Source: a virus (Duplodnaviria; Caudoviricetes). From it: a stretch of 64,000 nucleotides of DNA. The notes below the pieces were generated by a model that worked only from the letters and a program-made list of their open reading frames with translations, made no database searches and was not told the DNA's origin. The DNA lies in the IMG/VR virus record IMGVR_UViG_3300020577_013187, positions 1-64,000 of that record; one strand, 5' to 3'. This document shows positions 1-8,228 of the stretch, piece by piece. Each line of letters opens with the position of its first letter. The stretch's first letter is position 1. A program made the position numbers and the translations under genes.

Positions 1-73
1 TATATATATTATATATAATATATTAAAAGAGCAAGTCTCATGCCAACTTTAATAAAAAAATAGGAAATTTTTT

Positions 74-1534
74 ATGACTCAAGAAAATACAAAATTTGAT
101 GAAACTTTTTTCAAAGAAACTTTAGAAATGGTTTGTGGAAACAGCTATTGTTTTTTTCCTAAAGAAAAATTAGAAAAGAATTTTAAGCTCATCAAAGAAC
201 TAACTCAACTTTTGAGTTATGAAATTCCAGGAGCTAAGTATAATAAATTTCTTCCTGAGTATCTCAAAAGAAAAAATCTTTTTTACCAAGATAAAAAAAC
301 AGGTAATTTTTATTTTCCCACTGGTTTAATTTTTTTAGTAGTAAAACATCTTAGAGAAAATAAAATTCCATTTTTTAGAACTGATCAAAGAAAATCTCCT
401 GAAGCTAAAGAAGTTTTTAGATTTGTCTCAAGAGACATTCCTGAATTAAGAGAATACCAAAAAACCATTCTTGAAAAGTCTATTACTGATCATCGAGGAG
501 TTGTTGAGTCAGCTACTGGAACAGGTAAAACTAGAATTATCCTAGAACTTGTTAAGAGACTTAGCTTAAAAACTTTAGTGGTAGTTCCTTCAAAAGCTAT
601 TTTAAGCCAAACCACTGAGATTTTCAACAAAGCTTTTGGGAAAAGAATGGTAGGACATATTTACAATAAAACTGAAAGAGAAAAATCAATCATTATCGCT
701 AATTATCAGTCTCTAGATAAATTAGATGCTAGTTTTTGGGATACTGTAAATGTTTTGGTTATCGATGAGTTTCATCATTCAGCAGCTGAGACATTTCAAA
801 AACTTAATAGAAATTTTTTCAATAAAATTTATTACAGGTATGGTTTTACTGGAACCAATTTTAGAAATGATGGAACTGATATTGCCCTTCAAGGAGTTTT
901 AAGCCACCTGATATTTAAATACGATGCTAAGACAGCAATTGATGAAGGTTTCTTATGCAAACCTAAATTTATATCGATCCCATTCGCTGAGGTTTCGATA
1001 AGACGAGTTAATAGCTGGCAAGACGACTACAGGGAAGGGATAGTAGAGAACTCCTCCTATAATCAAATTGTGGCCCAATTAGGGATATATTTAAATAGTC
1101 AATCTACCCCTACAATCATTTTTGTAGATCAAATAGCTCACGGTGAAACACTTTTAAAGCTCATTCCTGAAGCAAAATTTGTTAATGGTACTGAAAAATC
1201 CCAATTGAATAAAAGTATTATTGACGATTTTAATAATGGTAAATTCAATGTTCTTATTGGTACATCAGTAATTGGTGAGGGTGTTGATACTGTAAGAGCT
1301 GCTTGTGGAATCATGGCTGGCGGAGGAAAAGCTAAATCAGAAATTATTCAAAAAATTGGAAGAATTTTAAGACCTTCTCCTGATAAAAAAGAAGCTTTTA
1401 TAATAGATTTTGAACATAAAAATAGATACTTTGTGGGAAGGCATTATAGAATACGAAAGGAGATTTATGAAGAATATCAATCGGATATGATTTATCTTGA
1501 AGATAGTGAAATAAAAGATATCATTAAAAAGTAA
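74..1534 (+). CDS. Superfamily 2 (DEAD/DEAH-like, UvsW-type) helicase
   Basis: Q-motif LREYQ, Walker A SATGTGKT, DEFHH, TGT motif III, C-terminal QKIGRILR motif VI. Confidence 0.93.
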   Translation: MTQENTKFDETFFKETLEMVCGNSYCFFPKEKLEKNFKLIKELTQLLSYEIPGAKYNKFLPEYLKRKNLFYQDKKTGNFYFPTGLIFLVVKHLRENKIPFFRTDQRKSPEAKEVFRFVSRDIPELREYQKTILEKSITDHRGVVESATGTGKTRIILELVKRLSLKTLVVVPSKAILSQTTEIFNKAFGKRMVGHIYNKTEREKSIIIANYQSLDKLDASFWDTVNVLVIDEFHHSAAETFQKLNRNFFNKIYYRYGFTGTNFRNDGTDIALQGVLSHLIFKYDAKTAIDEGFLCKPKFISIPFAEVSIRRVNSWQDDYREGIVENSSYNQIVAQLGIYLNSQSTPTIIFVDQIAHGETLLKLIPEAKFVNGTEKSQLNKSIIDDFNNGKFNVLIGTSVIGEGVDTVRAACGIMAGGGKAKSEIIQKIGRILRPSPDKKEAFIIDFEHKNRYFVGRHYRIRKEIYEEYQSDMIYLEDSEIKDIIKK

Positions 1535-1621
1535 AAAAAGTATTGACTTTTGTTTTAAAATATTTAAATAATGTTTCATAAACTTTAATAAAAAATTTAA
1601 AAATAAAAAAAGGAGAAAAAT

Positions 1622-2206
1622 ATGATTAAGTTAAATGTAAACAATTCAAAATTAGGTGATTTTACAATAGAATTTGATAATGCCAATGAAGTAGTAAATT
1701 TTTTAGATATTTTACCAAATCTTCGTACAAATATATCTACAGCACCTTTAACAAAAGGTGAAATTATTGAAGAAGATTTAAAAAAGAGTTTTACAGCTCA
1801 TCAAGATAGTGGCATTCATCAAAAGACATCTACACCTAAGAATTTTTATACTCCTAATCAATTAATTCATAAAAGAAATAGTAAAAAAAATGCTTTTAAA
1901 ACCACAGAAGATAAAGAAGATGCTGTACCTAGTCTACCAAAATACAAAAATGATTTCTCAAAATTAAAAGTTCTAGATTTTACTTTAGAAGCTTTAGCTA
2001 ATCATAATGGTGAATTATCGCCCTCTGTTATTGCTAAAATGATTGGACGCCATCATAGTGTGCCAATCGATCAAGGTACTAATCTTTATCGATATGTTTA
2101 TCAATCACTAATGGCCAGAGTCAAAAAAAATATTGACATCATTAAAGATGGCAACGTAATTAGACTAAAGTCTGGCTATCATACTAGTTCTAATGAGGTG
2201 AGATAG
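1622..2206 (+). CDS. Hypothetical protein, possible C-terminal winged-helix DNA-binding domain
   Basis: AGGAG RBS upstream; C-terminal helical pattern LEALANHNGELSPSVIAKMIG...YVYQSL. Confidence 0.6.
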   Translation: MIKLNVNNSKLGDFTIEFDNANEVVNFLDILPNLRTNISTAPLTKGEIIEEDLKKSFTAHQDSGIHQKTSTPKNFYTPNQLIHKRNSKKNAFKTTEDKEDAVPSLPKYKNDFSKLKVLDFTLEALANHNGELSPSVIAKMIGRHHSVPIDQGTNLYRYVYQSLMARVKKNIDIIKDGNVIRLKSGYHTSSNEVR

Positions 2207-2212
2207 TTTCTA

Positions 2213-2297
2213 GGAGGGGTGATCGAGTGGTTTATGATGTTTGGCTTGAACCCAAATGCTCTTAATTGGGCCGTGGGTTCGAATCCCACCCTCTCCT
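2213..2297 (+). tRNA. tRNA-Ser(UGA), no encoded CCA
   Basis: Acceptor GGAGGGG/CCTCTCC, D-loop GAGTGG, anticodon arm TTTGG-CTTGAAC-CCAAA, long variable arm GCTC/GGGC, T-arm GTGGG-TTCGAAT-CCCAC. Confidence 0.93.
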
Positions 2298-2307
2298 CTT
2301 TGACTTT

Positions 2308-2441
2308 ACAAGAATAGCGGTGTTGAGCTGAAACACAAGAAGGCAGCGAACTGGAGTTTAAAATGGCCAAGCTGTGTTCATGGAACTGATCACCCATAGG
2401 TCTTCCATCTCCTAGTTGGTTCGAATCCAACCTATTCTTGT
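2308..2441 (+). ncRNA. tRNA-like RNA with ~55-nt insert in place of the anticodon loop
   Basis: Terminal helix ACAAGAATAG/CTATTCTTGT, D-like hairpin GTGTT-GAGCTGA-AACAC, perfect T-arm GTTGG-TTCGAAT-CCAAC, stem GAAGGC/GTCTTC closing the insert, followed by a T run. Confidence 0.75.
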
Positions 2442-2450
2442 TTTTTTTAC

Positions 2451-2479
2451 TTGACTTCTAATATAAGAAAAATTATATT
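2451..2479 (+). promoter_or_regulatory. sigma70-type promoter
   Basis: TTGACT-17 nt-TATATT. Confidence 0.7.
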
Positions 2480-2522
2480 AAAATTGGGTAGTGACTTTAC
2501 CGAGTGGTCTTTCCAGTAATAT

Positions 2523-2577
2523 AAATAGGATTCGATTTAGATTTAATTAGGTTGGAATAAGTCGAATCCTATTTTTT
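2523..2577 (+). terminator. 13-bp hairpin plus T run (terminator or leader structure)
   Basis: AAATAGGATTCGA / TCGAATCCTATTT inverted repeat then TTT directly before the ATG at 2578. Confidence 0.55.
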
Positions 2578-2772
2578 ATGAATCAATACGTTAAAACTTA
2601 TTTGAAAATAACTCCACAAAAGTTCTTATCTCTTTCAAAAAAAGAGAAGGACAATATCGCTCAAATAGATATTATCCCTCCTAAATTAGGTAGCAAATAT
2701 TTTGGTGGATTTTTATTAAAATTAAAAAATCCAATTCCAAATATTTTCCCTTTCGGGAATAAATCTCTCTAA
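2578..2772 (+). CDS. Hypothetical protein
   Basis: 64-aa ORF downstream of the 2451 promoter, converging on the structural operon. Confidence 0.55.
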   Translation: MNQYVKTYLKITPQKFLSLSKKEKDNIAQIDIIPPKLGSKYFGGFLLKLKNPIPNIFPFGNKSL

Positions 2773-2791
2773 AAAGACAAAAATCTAACTT

Positions 2792-3094
2792 TTATTCCTT
2801 AACGGGAATATTTTGATTTTCAACTTCCCTCTCTGTAGGCTTACAATTTTTAGGATCAAATTTCTTGTTAAGATATTTTTTGAATCCATAAAGACTAAAA
2901 CTAGGTCCCCATAAAAACAATAAAACTGAAGAGTCTATTTGTCTAATCTTTAAGTTGTGTTCACCTATTTGAACTGACTCAAATAAACTAATGGTAATCA
3001 AAAATAAGCCATAAAAAAAAGAAATCCATGCAAAGGTATAGGTTCCTGACCGTTCGCCTTTAGAATCCTTTAAAAACATATTAGACTCCATCAT
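2792..3094 (-). CDS. Small two-TM membrane protein (holin-like)
   Basis: Two hydrophobic segments, charged C-terminus, last gene of the late operon. Confidence 0.55.
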   Translation of the reverse strand: MMESNMFLKDSKGERSGTYTFAWISFFYGLFLITISLFESVQIGEHNLKIRQIDSSVLLFLWGPSFSLYGFKKYLNKKFDPKNCKPTEREVENQNIPVKE

Positions 3095-3921
3095 TTAGTC
3101 TTAGATCTACCCCTTTTCTTTTTAATTTTCTCAACAGGGCTTTGATCACTTGAAATAGAATTTTCTTCACCATTTGTTAGTTCCTCATCTTTAGTAATAC
3201 TATTTGACATATCTTCACGAAGAGTATTACTATCAGGTTGAATAAAACCAGTTGTTATAATTTGATCTTCCCCTTTGTAGGAAATAGGCTCATAGATCTT
3301 GTAATTTTCAGGAATTTTAATGACAATAGGATTGTCATTGGCATATTTTACAGCACTATCTAATGCTTCTTGAGTTACCTCAAGTTTTACAAAATTGCCA
3401 TTTTCATCAGGGACTTTACAATAAAGAGCCTCTTGCTCAACTTCTTTTATACCCAAAGCATCTTTTAACTTTTTAGTAATGACTGGTTTATCAATCTTAT
3501 TTTCAGTCAAATAATTAAGTGACTCTTGATAGAAATAGTTAATATTTTTTTCTGCCAAAGCTTTATTGAGGTAAAAATTTGACTTATTGAATTGCTCAAA
3601 ATCTTCAGCTGCTAAAGCAAAATCAATCTTATGCCTTAGTCTTTTAATAGTTTTTTGTTTTAGAATTGAAAAAGGCATCAATATAGTTTCCCACTCTTGA
3701 TCATATTTTAGATTTTCAATCTTACAATCACCATCAAAATAAAGTTTACCAAAAGGCTCACCATTTTTTAGAATTTTTAAATCGAAAATACTACAAATGA
3801 TATATTCATACTGTTTAAGATTTTCAGGGATTAGATAATCATTAGGATTTATATTAAAATCTTTTGATAATATTTCTACAATTGCTGTATGATCTTCTTT
3901 TTTATAAACTCTACATTTCAT
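3091..3921 (-). CDS. Hypothetical protein
   Basis: 276-aa ORF tightly packed in the operon; acidic region then basic tail KKKRGRSKTK. Confidence 0.75.
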   Translation of the reverse strand: MKCRVYKKEDHTAIVEILSKDFNINPNDYLIPENLKQYEYIICSIFDLKILKNGEPFGKLYFDGDCKIENLKYDQEWETILMPFSILKQKTIKRLRHKIDFALAAEDFEQFNKSNFYLNKALAEKNINYFYQESLNYLTENKIDKPVITKKLKDALGIKEVEQEALYCKVPDENGNFVKLEVTQEALDSAVKYANDNPIVIKIPENYKIYEPISYKGEDQIITTGFIQPDSNTLREDMSNSITKDEELTNGEENSISSDQSPVEKIKKKRGRSKTK

Positions 3922-3923
3922 TT

Positions 3924-5831
3924 TTAAGCCCCGTAAGCACTAATTGAAAAATTAGTATCACCATGTGTATTGGTAAAATCTACTAAGTCGACAATTACAT
4001 AAGCAGAATTTTTTGTTGTTATACAGGCAGACCCAAAACCACCTTCTAATTGAGCAAATACTTGATAATCAGTCCCTGTAAAAGGTGTTGACCAATTGAC
4101 TTGAATTTGGCCTACTCCCAATAAAACTACTGAATTTATTCCAATTGAATTCGATAGTGTTGCAGAAATTCCATCATCAGCAATATATCCTCTTGCTTTT
4201 AATCCACCCTGAGAAAGAGAATATAGGTCAATTTCAATCTCTTGAAACCAATATTTATTAGGAGTAGTTCCCCACTTAATTTTCTTAATCTCTGTCATTA
4301 TAGCATCTAATGATTCTTTAAGAGTATTAAAAGACTTGTCTGAAGTAAGAAATGACTCCTTTACTGTCAAAATACTATATGAAGCTGAAGAAGTTAGTCC
4401 GATTAAAACCTCTCCAATAGTAAAAGCAACCCCGTTTTTACCATGAACAGTTAGAACTAAAGGCTGAACCTGTGTTACAACAGCAGTTGTATTAGAAGTT
4501 AAGCCCTGAACAGTTTCACCAACAAGATAATCACCGCCAGAACCCTTCCCTAAAAAAGCAAAACCATCTTGAGCTGTAGCAAAAGTGGCTATAGTATTAT
4601 TTGCGTCAACCGCTGTCAAACTACTAGGAATTATTACTTGGTTGGAAGTATTGTAAAAAGTAGGAGTAACGTATAAACTTTGTAGATTATGGTTGATATT
4701 CCAACTCAAAGAAGCTATTCCTTGATTATGAAGATACCCACCATTTAAAGAACCTTTCTTTGAAACAATAGCAAAACCTACTTGAGAAGTAGTAAAATTT
4801 ATACTAAGATTGTTAGCATTAGTGGCAGTAATAGTATTTGGAATCAGCATCACTCCAGTACCACTAAAAACACTGACATTATTATATTGATTTCCAAGAT
4901 TGTGTGCTACGTTCCAAGTAGTTGCACCCACACCTTGAGTATGTAAATAATATTCAGTAGGTTGACCAATGGTTATAAGACAATATCCAGCTTGAGGGAC
5001 AGTAAAATCAACTGTAGCTGAGTTAGCATCGAGAGTTGTAACTGTATTAGGCAAAAGAACTTGTTTATTTGTATCGTAAAAAGTAAAATGAACGTATTGA
5101 TTACTAAGATTGTGGGTAATATTCCAAGTGCTTGAAGGAGTAGGTTGGCTAAAAACAAAAGCCCCAGGACTAGCTCCTAAAGTGATTGTATGAATAGCTT
5201 CATATCTTCCCTCTACATATGAAGATTCTTTATCTCCATCATAAGGCTGACCTGTAGCTAATCGAAAAAACATATTTCTTCGATCATATATTGCTACTAT
5301 AGTACCAACGTTATTAACTTGAATTTCAGCAATGGGAATTTTTGTGCCACCAGCAAAACCACTCGTATTGACTGTAACTACTGCCTCTAAATTTTTTACT
5401 GTATCAGTAGTTTGGACAAATTCTTCACCTTGATTACTATTAGCCGTAGGGTCCCAAAAAGCTTTATTATCTGGAACATCAGTATTAACTGTCAAATCTA
5501 CTTCAATATAATTTATTGCATTAGATGTTAAAACAACTTGACTAGCTGGATAATCTTTAGGCCCTACATAAAAAGAAGGACCTGTGTTTTTAGATGAATG
5601 CATTAAAACTGATCCATCTAAACTAACATAAACAGGAGACGTTGTAGGATATAAATTTGAACCAAATTGATCCTGAGAAACAAAAAAACCTTTAACCACT
5701 AAGCTACTAGGATTGAAAAATTTCTTAGATTGTTGATGAAAATCAGCACAAACAAATTTTTCAATATTCTCAAAATCTTCTTTATCTAATCGTTGATTTT
5801 CTGAAATATTTACACTTTGTAAAACAGCCAC
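3924..5831 (-). CDS. Baseplate/tail fibre-associated protein with three WxxxHNL beta-repeats
   Basis: Follows baseplate genes; three ~60-aa repeats (STWNITHNL, TTWNVAHNL, LSWNINHNL). Confidence 0.75.
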   Translation of the reverse strand: MAVLQSVNISENQRLDKEDFENIEKFVCADFHQQSKKFFNPSSLVVKGFFVSQDQFGSNLYPTTSPVYVSLDGSVLMHSSKNTGPSFYVGPKDYPASQVVLTSNAINYIEVDLTVNTDVPDNKAFWDPTANSNQGEEFVQTTDTVKNLEAVVTVNTSGFAGGTKIPIAEIQVNNVGTIVAIYDRRNMFFRLATGQPYDGDKESSYVEGRYEAIHTITLGASPGAFVFSQPTPSSTWNITHNLSNQYVHFTFYDTNKQVLLPNTVTTLDANSATVDFTVPQAGYCLITIGQPTEYYLHTQGVGATTWNVAHNLGNQYNNVSVFSGTGVMLIPNTITATNANNLSINFTTSQVGFAIVSKKGSLNGGYLHNQGIASLSWNINHNLQSLYVTPTFYNTSNQVIIPSSLTAVDANNTIATFATAQDGFAFLGKGSGGDYLVGETVQGLTSNTTAVVTQVQPLVLTVHGKNGVAFTIGEVLIGLTSSASYSILTVKESFLTSDKSFNTLKESLDAIMTEIKKIKWGTTPNKYWFQEIEIDLYSLSQGGLKARGYIADDGISATLSNSIGINSVVLLGVGQIQVNWSTPFTGTDYQVFAQLEGGFGSACITTKNSAYVIVDLVDFTNTHGDTNFSISAYGA

Positions 5832-5895
5832 ATTAATCTCCTGGTTTCTGTTCAGAATTCTTTCTTATTATTTTACCATAAAAAGAATGATAATT

Positions 5896-8226
5896 TTAGC
5901 AATCGTCACAGCACTCAAAATTATATTCAGGATATTTTATGATCCACCTTAAAACTACTCCAACAGCTTTTAATCGAATAATTAAATCTTGAACAACTTC
6001 CATTGCTTTTTTTGTTCCAGTAATGTAAGCAGCATAATCACTTCCATCGTCTTTAGGATCATATCCCTTTGCTTCTGGAATATAATTAATTATTTCATTA
6101 GGGTTATGATCTTTAAGAAAAGTATATGCTGAATCTAAGATTAAGGTTGAATTATTTGGTCTCCCTATATAGGGAACTAAAGTTTCCTCATTATTTCTAC
6201 CAAAATCAAAAACTAAATATCCTATTTCGTTAGGAATGTCACTTGCATCATCAACTGAAATTATAACAGGATTTGCATTTGCTGTAACTGATGATTTTAA
6301 AACAGTTCTTTTTTTAGAAGGATAAAAGTTAGCTTTTGGATTATAAATAAATGAATTCAAATAGTTAGGATTCATAAATCGACCATTTGAAACTGGAGTT
6401 TTAGCAATAGCAACTTTAATTCCTGCACCCGAAAACCCCAAGTCAACTTCTATTCTATTTCTATCTAAAATTCTATAATACAGGGGCACAAAAATACTAT
6501 CACCAATATAAAAATTAAAAATAATATCTTTAGTGTTTAAATTATGTTCAACAATAAAATACTGACTCGGACTTGATTGAGTAAAAATAAAAGTAGGCTT
6601 TAAAACAGCCATATGACCAGTAATAGGAGTAAAAAGGAGTAAGTGTAAAGTATTAGCACTAGTAGCCTGAATCAAACTAGACCCACCACCATCTGTAGCA
6701 AAATAAAAATCTGTGCCTTGATAACAAGTAACAACTGGAAATTCAGTATTTAAATTATGATTAACAGTCCAGTCAGCTGACGCTATACCTTGAGTATGAA
6801 GATAGTCAGGATTAATAAAAACAATACGACCTGAAGCAGAAAAAGATAGATCAAAATCTGCTTGAGTATTGCTCAACGCTTGATAGTTAATGCTATTAAT
6901 TATCTCTAAAGGAAGTCCTGTATCAGTATAGAATCCCAAACTTAAATATTTAGCATAATTATGAGTGATAGTGTTATTCCCAATAAAAAAATCAAAATTA
7001 TATTTACTAACTCCTTTAAGAAAAACTGATAGATCCGACTCACTTTTAAAATTAACTGTTAAAATATTTTGACCAGCACCATGACTTTGGACAACTGCTT
7101 CAGCTATATCTAAACCAAATTTTTGATTGGCTAATTGATTGTTAGTAACGGTTTTAGATAGATTCTGAACCATTGATTTTCCTACGTTATCAACAGTAAA
7201 AATATTTCCTATAATGGGTGTATTTAAATGTATTGATCCTTTTAAACTTCTTCTAAGTTTTGCAACTAATCGAGGTAATTTAATGACAATTTCTCTAGGA
7301 TTGATTTCATAAATAACTGTATTAAATTGTAAAGTATCAATTGTATTTAAACTAGTAGGAAAATTCAAAATAGCATTGGCAGTCCCTCCAATAACTTGAA
7401 TTTGACCAAAAGATCCTGTTGTATTAGTTCTAAGATTGACATATCTATTTGTTGTTAAATCTTTTCTAATCTCAGAAGCCGTAGCTTTAGAGTCATTTCC
7501 ATTTAAAGCATTAGAAACTTCTTGAGCCGTAGCTGATAAAAGATTAGAAATATATTTAGGAATAACATCTAGATTAATCTGAGGATCATTATCAATTTTG
7601 ACATTTAAGACTTTAGCTACGTAGCCCCTAGCTGTTGTTGAGACCGTATCATTTAAAAACTTATCTTGAATAACTAAAGTCGTATTGTTGATAATATTTA
7701 TTATTTTTACAAAAGTGCTATTAGGTTGGCCTGTAATTTTTATATAATTTCCCACCGTTAACTCAGTAGTAAAAAGAGTTCCCACACCTGTTACTGTATT
7801 TCCATTTTTACTAAAAGTTAAAATTCCAGTAAGACCAAAATCACCACCAAAATTATAATTTTGAGCATTATTTGAATTAACATTTGCTCTGGAATAAGTA
7901 GGACCCCAAAAAACATCTAAAACATCATACATTGTCTTACGAACTTGTTTAGGAGCATAAGACATTGCATAAATCAAATCTCTATAGTAGATATCTTCCA
8001 AAGCCACATACAAAGGTCTAGGTACATCTACATTTAATCCAAGATTGGTTAGATAGCGATCTACAGCTGTAGCAACAAACAATTGCTCATTAGTATTGAC
8101 AACTTCTGTATTGATAAGCTCATCTTCTTGAGCCCAAGCTTTTACCAAAGCACCTACAAGCCTATTATTTTTAGGGTTATAGATATCCGGTAGAGTGCTA
8201 TAGTATCTTTCAAGTTTACTTGACAT
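5896..8226 (-). CDS. Baseplate wedge protein
   Basis: Directly downstream of baseplate J-like gene; N-terminal helical wedge-like region, HNL repeats, C-terminal KAVGV motif. Confidence 0.7.
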   Translation of the reverse strand: MSSKLERYYSTLPDIYNPKNNRLVGALVKAWAQEDELINTEVVNTNEQLFVATAVDRYLTNLGLNVDVPRPLYVALEDIYYRDLIYAMSYAPKQVRKTMYDVLDVFWGPTYSRANVNSNNAQNYNFGGDFGLTGILTFSKNGNTVTGVGTLFTTELTVGNYIKITGQPNSTFVKIINIINNTTLVIQDKFLNDTVSTTARGYVAKVLNVKIDNDPQINLDVIPKYISNLLSATAQEVSNALNGNDSKATASEIRKDLTTNRYVNLRTNTTGSFGQIQVIGGTANAILNFPTSLNTIDTLQFNTVIYEINPREIVIKLPRLVAKLRRSLKGSIHLNTPIIGNIFTVDNVGKSMVQNLSKTVTNNQLANQKFGLDIAEAVVQSHGAGQNILTVNFKSESDLSVFLKGVSKYNFDFFIGNNTITHNYAKYLSLGFYTDTGLPLEIINSINYQALSNTQADFDLSFSASGRIVFINPDYLHTQGIASADWTVNHNLNTEFPVVTCYQGTDFYFATDGGGSSLIQATSANTLHLLLFTPITGHMAVLKPTFIFTQSSPSQYFIVEHNLNTKDIIFNFYIGDSIFVPLYYRILDRNRIEVDLGFSGAGIKVAIAKTPVSNGRFMNPNYLNSFIYNPKANFYPSKKRTVLKSSVTANANPVIISVDDASDIPNEIGYLVFDFGRNNEETLVPYIGRPNNSTLILDSAYTFLKDHNPNEIINYIPEAKGYDPKDDGSDYAAYITGTKKAMEVVQDLIIRLKAVGVVLRWIIKYPEYNFECCDDC

Positions 8227-8228
8227 AT

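Noticed and set aside
2351-2370. CTGGA-GTTTAAA read as a selenocysteine-like or ochre-suppressor (UUA) anticodon arm
   Set aside because: The 3' strand (ATGGC) cannot pair with CTGGA, so no anticodon stem forms; genes also end normally in TAA/TAG/TGA, with no sign of recoding.
2179-2430. 83-aa minus-strand ORF
   Set aside because: It is the antisense of the tRNA and tRNA-like RNA.
2308-2441. tmRNA, SRP RNA or Y RNA assignment
   Set aside because: No G3:U70 pair or long tag-reading domain, no SRP helix-8 motif, and non-permuted tRNA topology.
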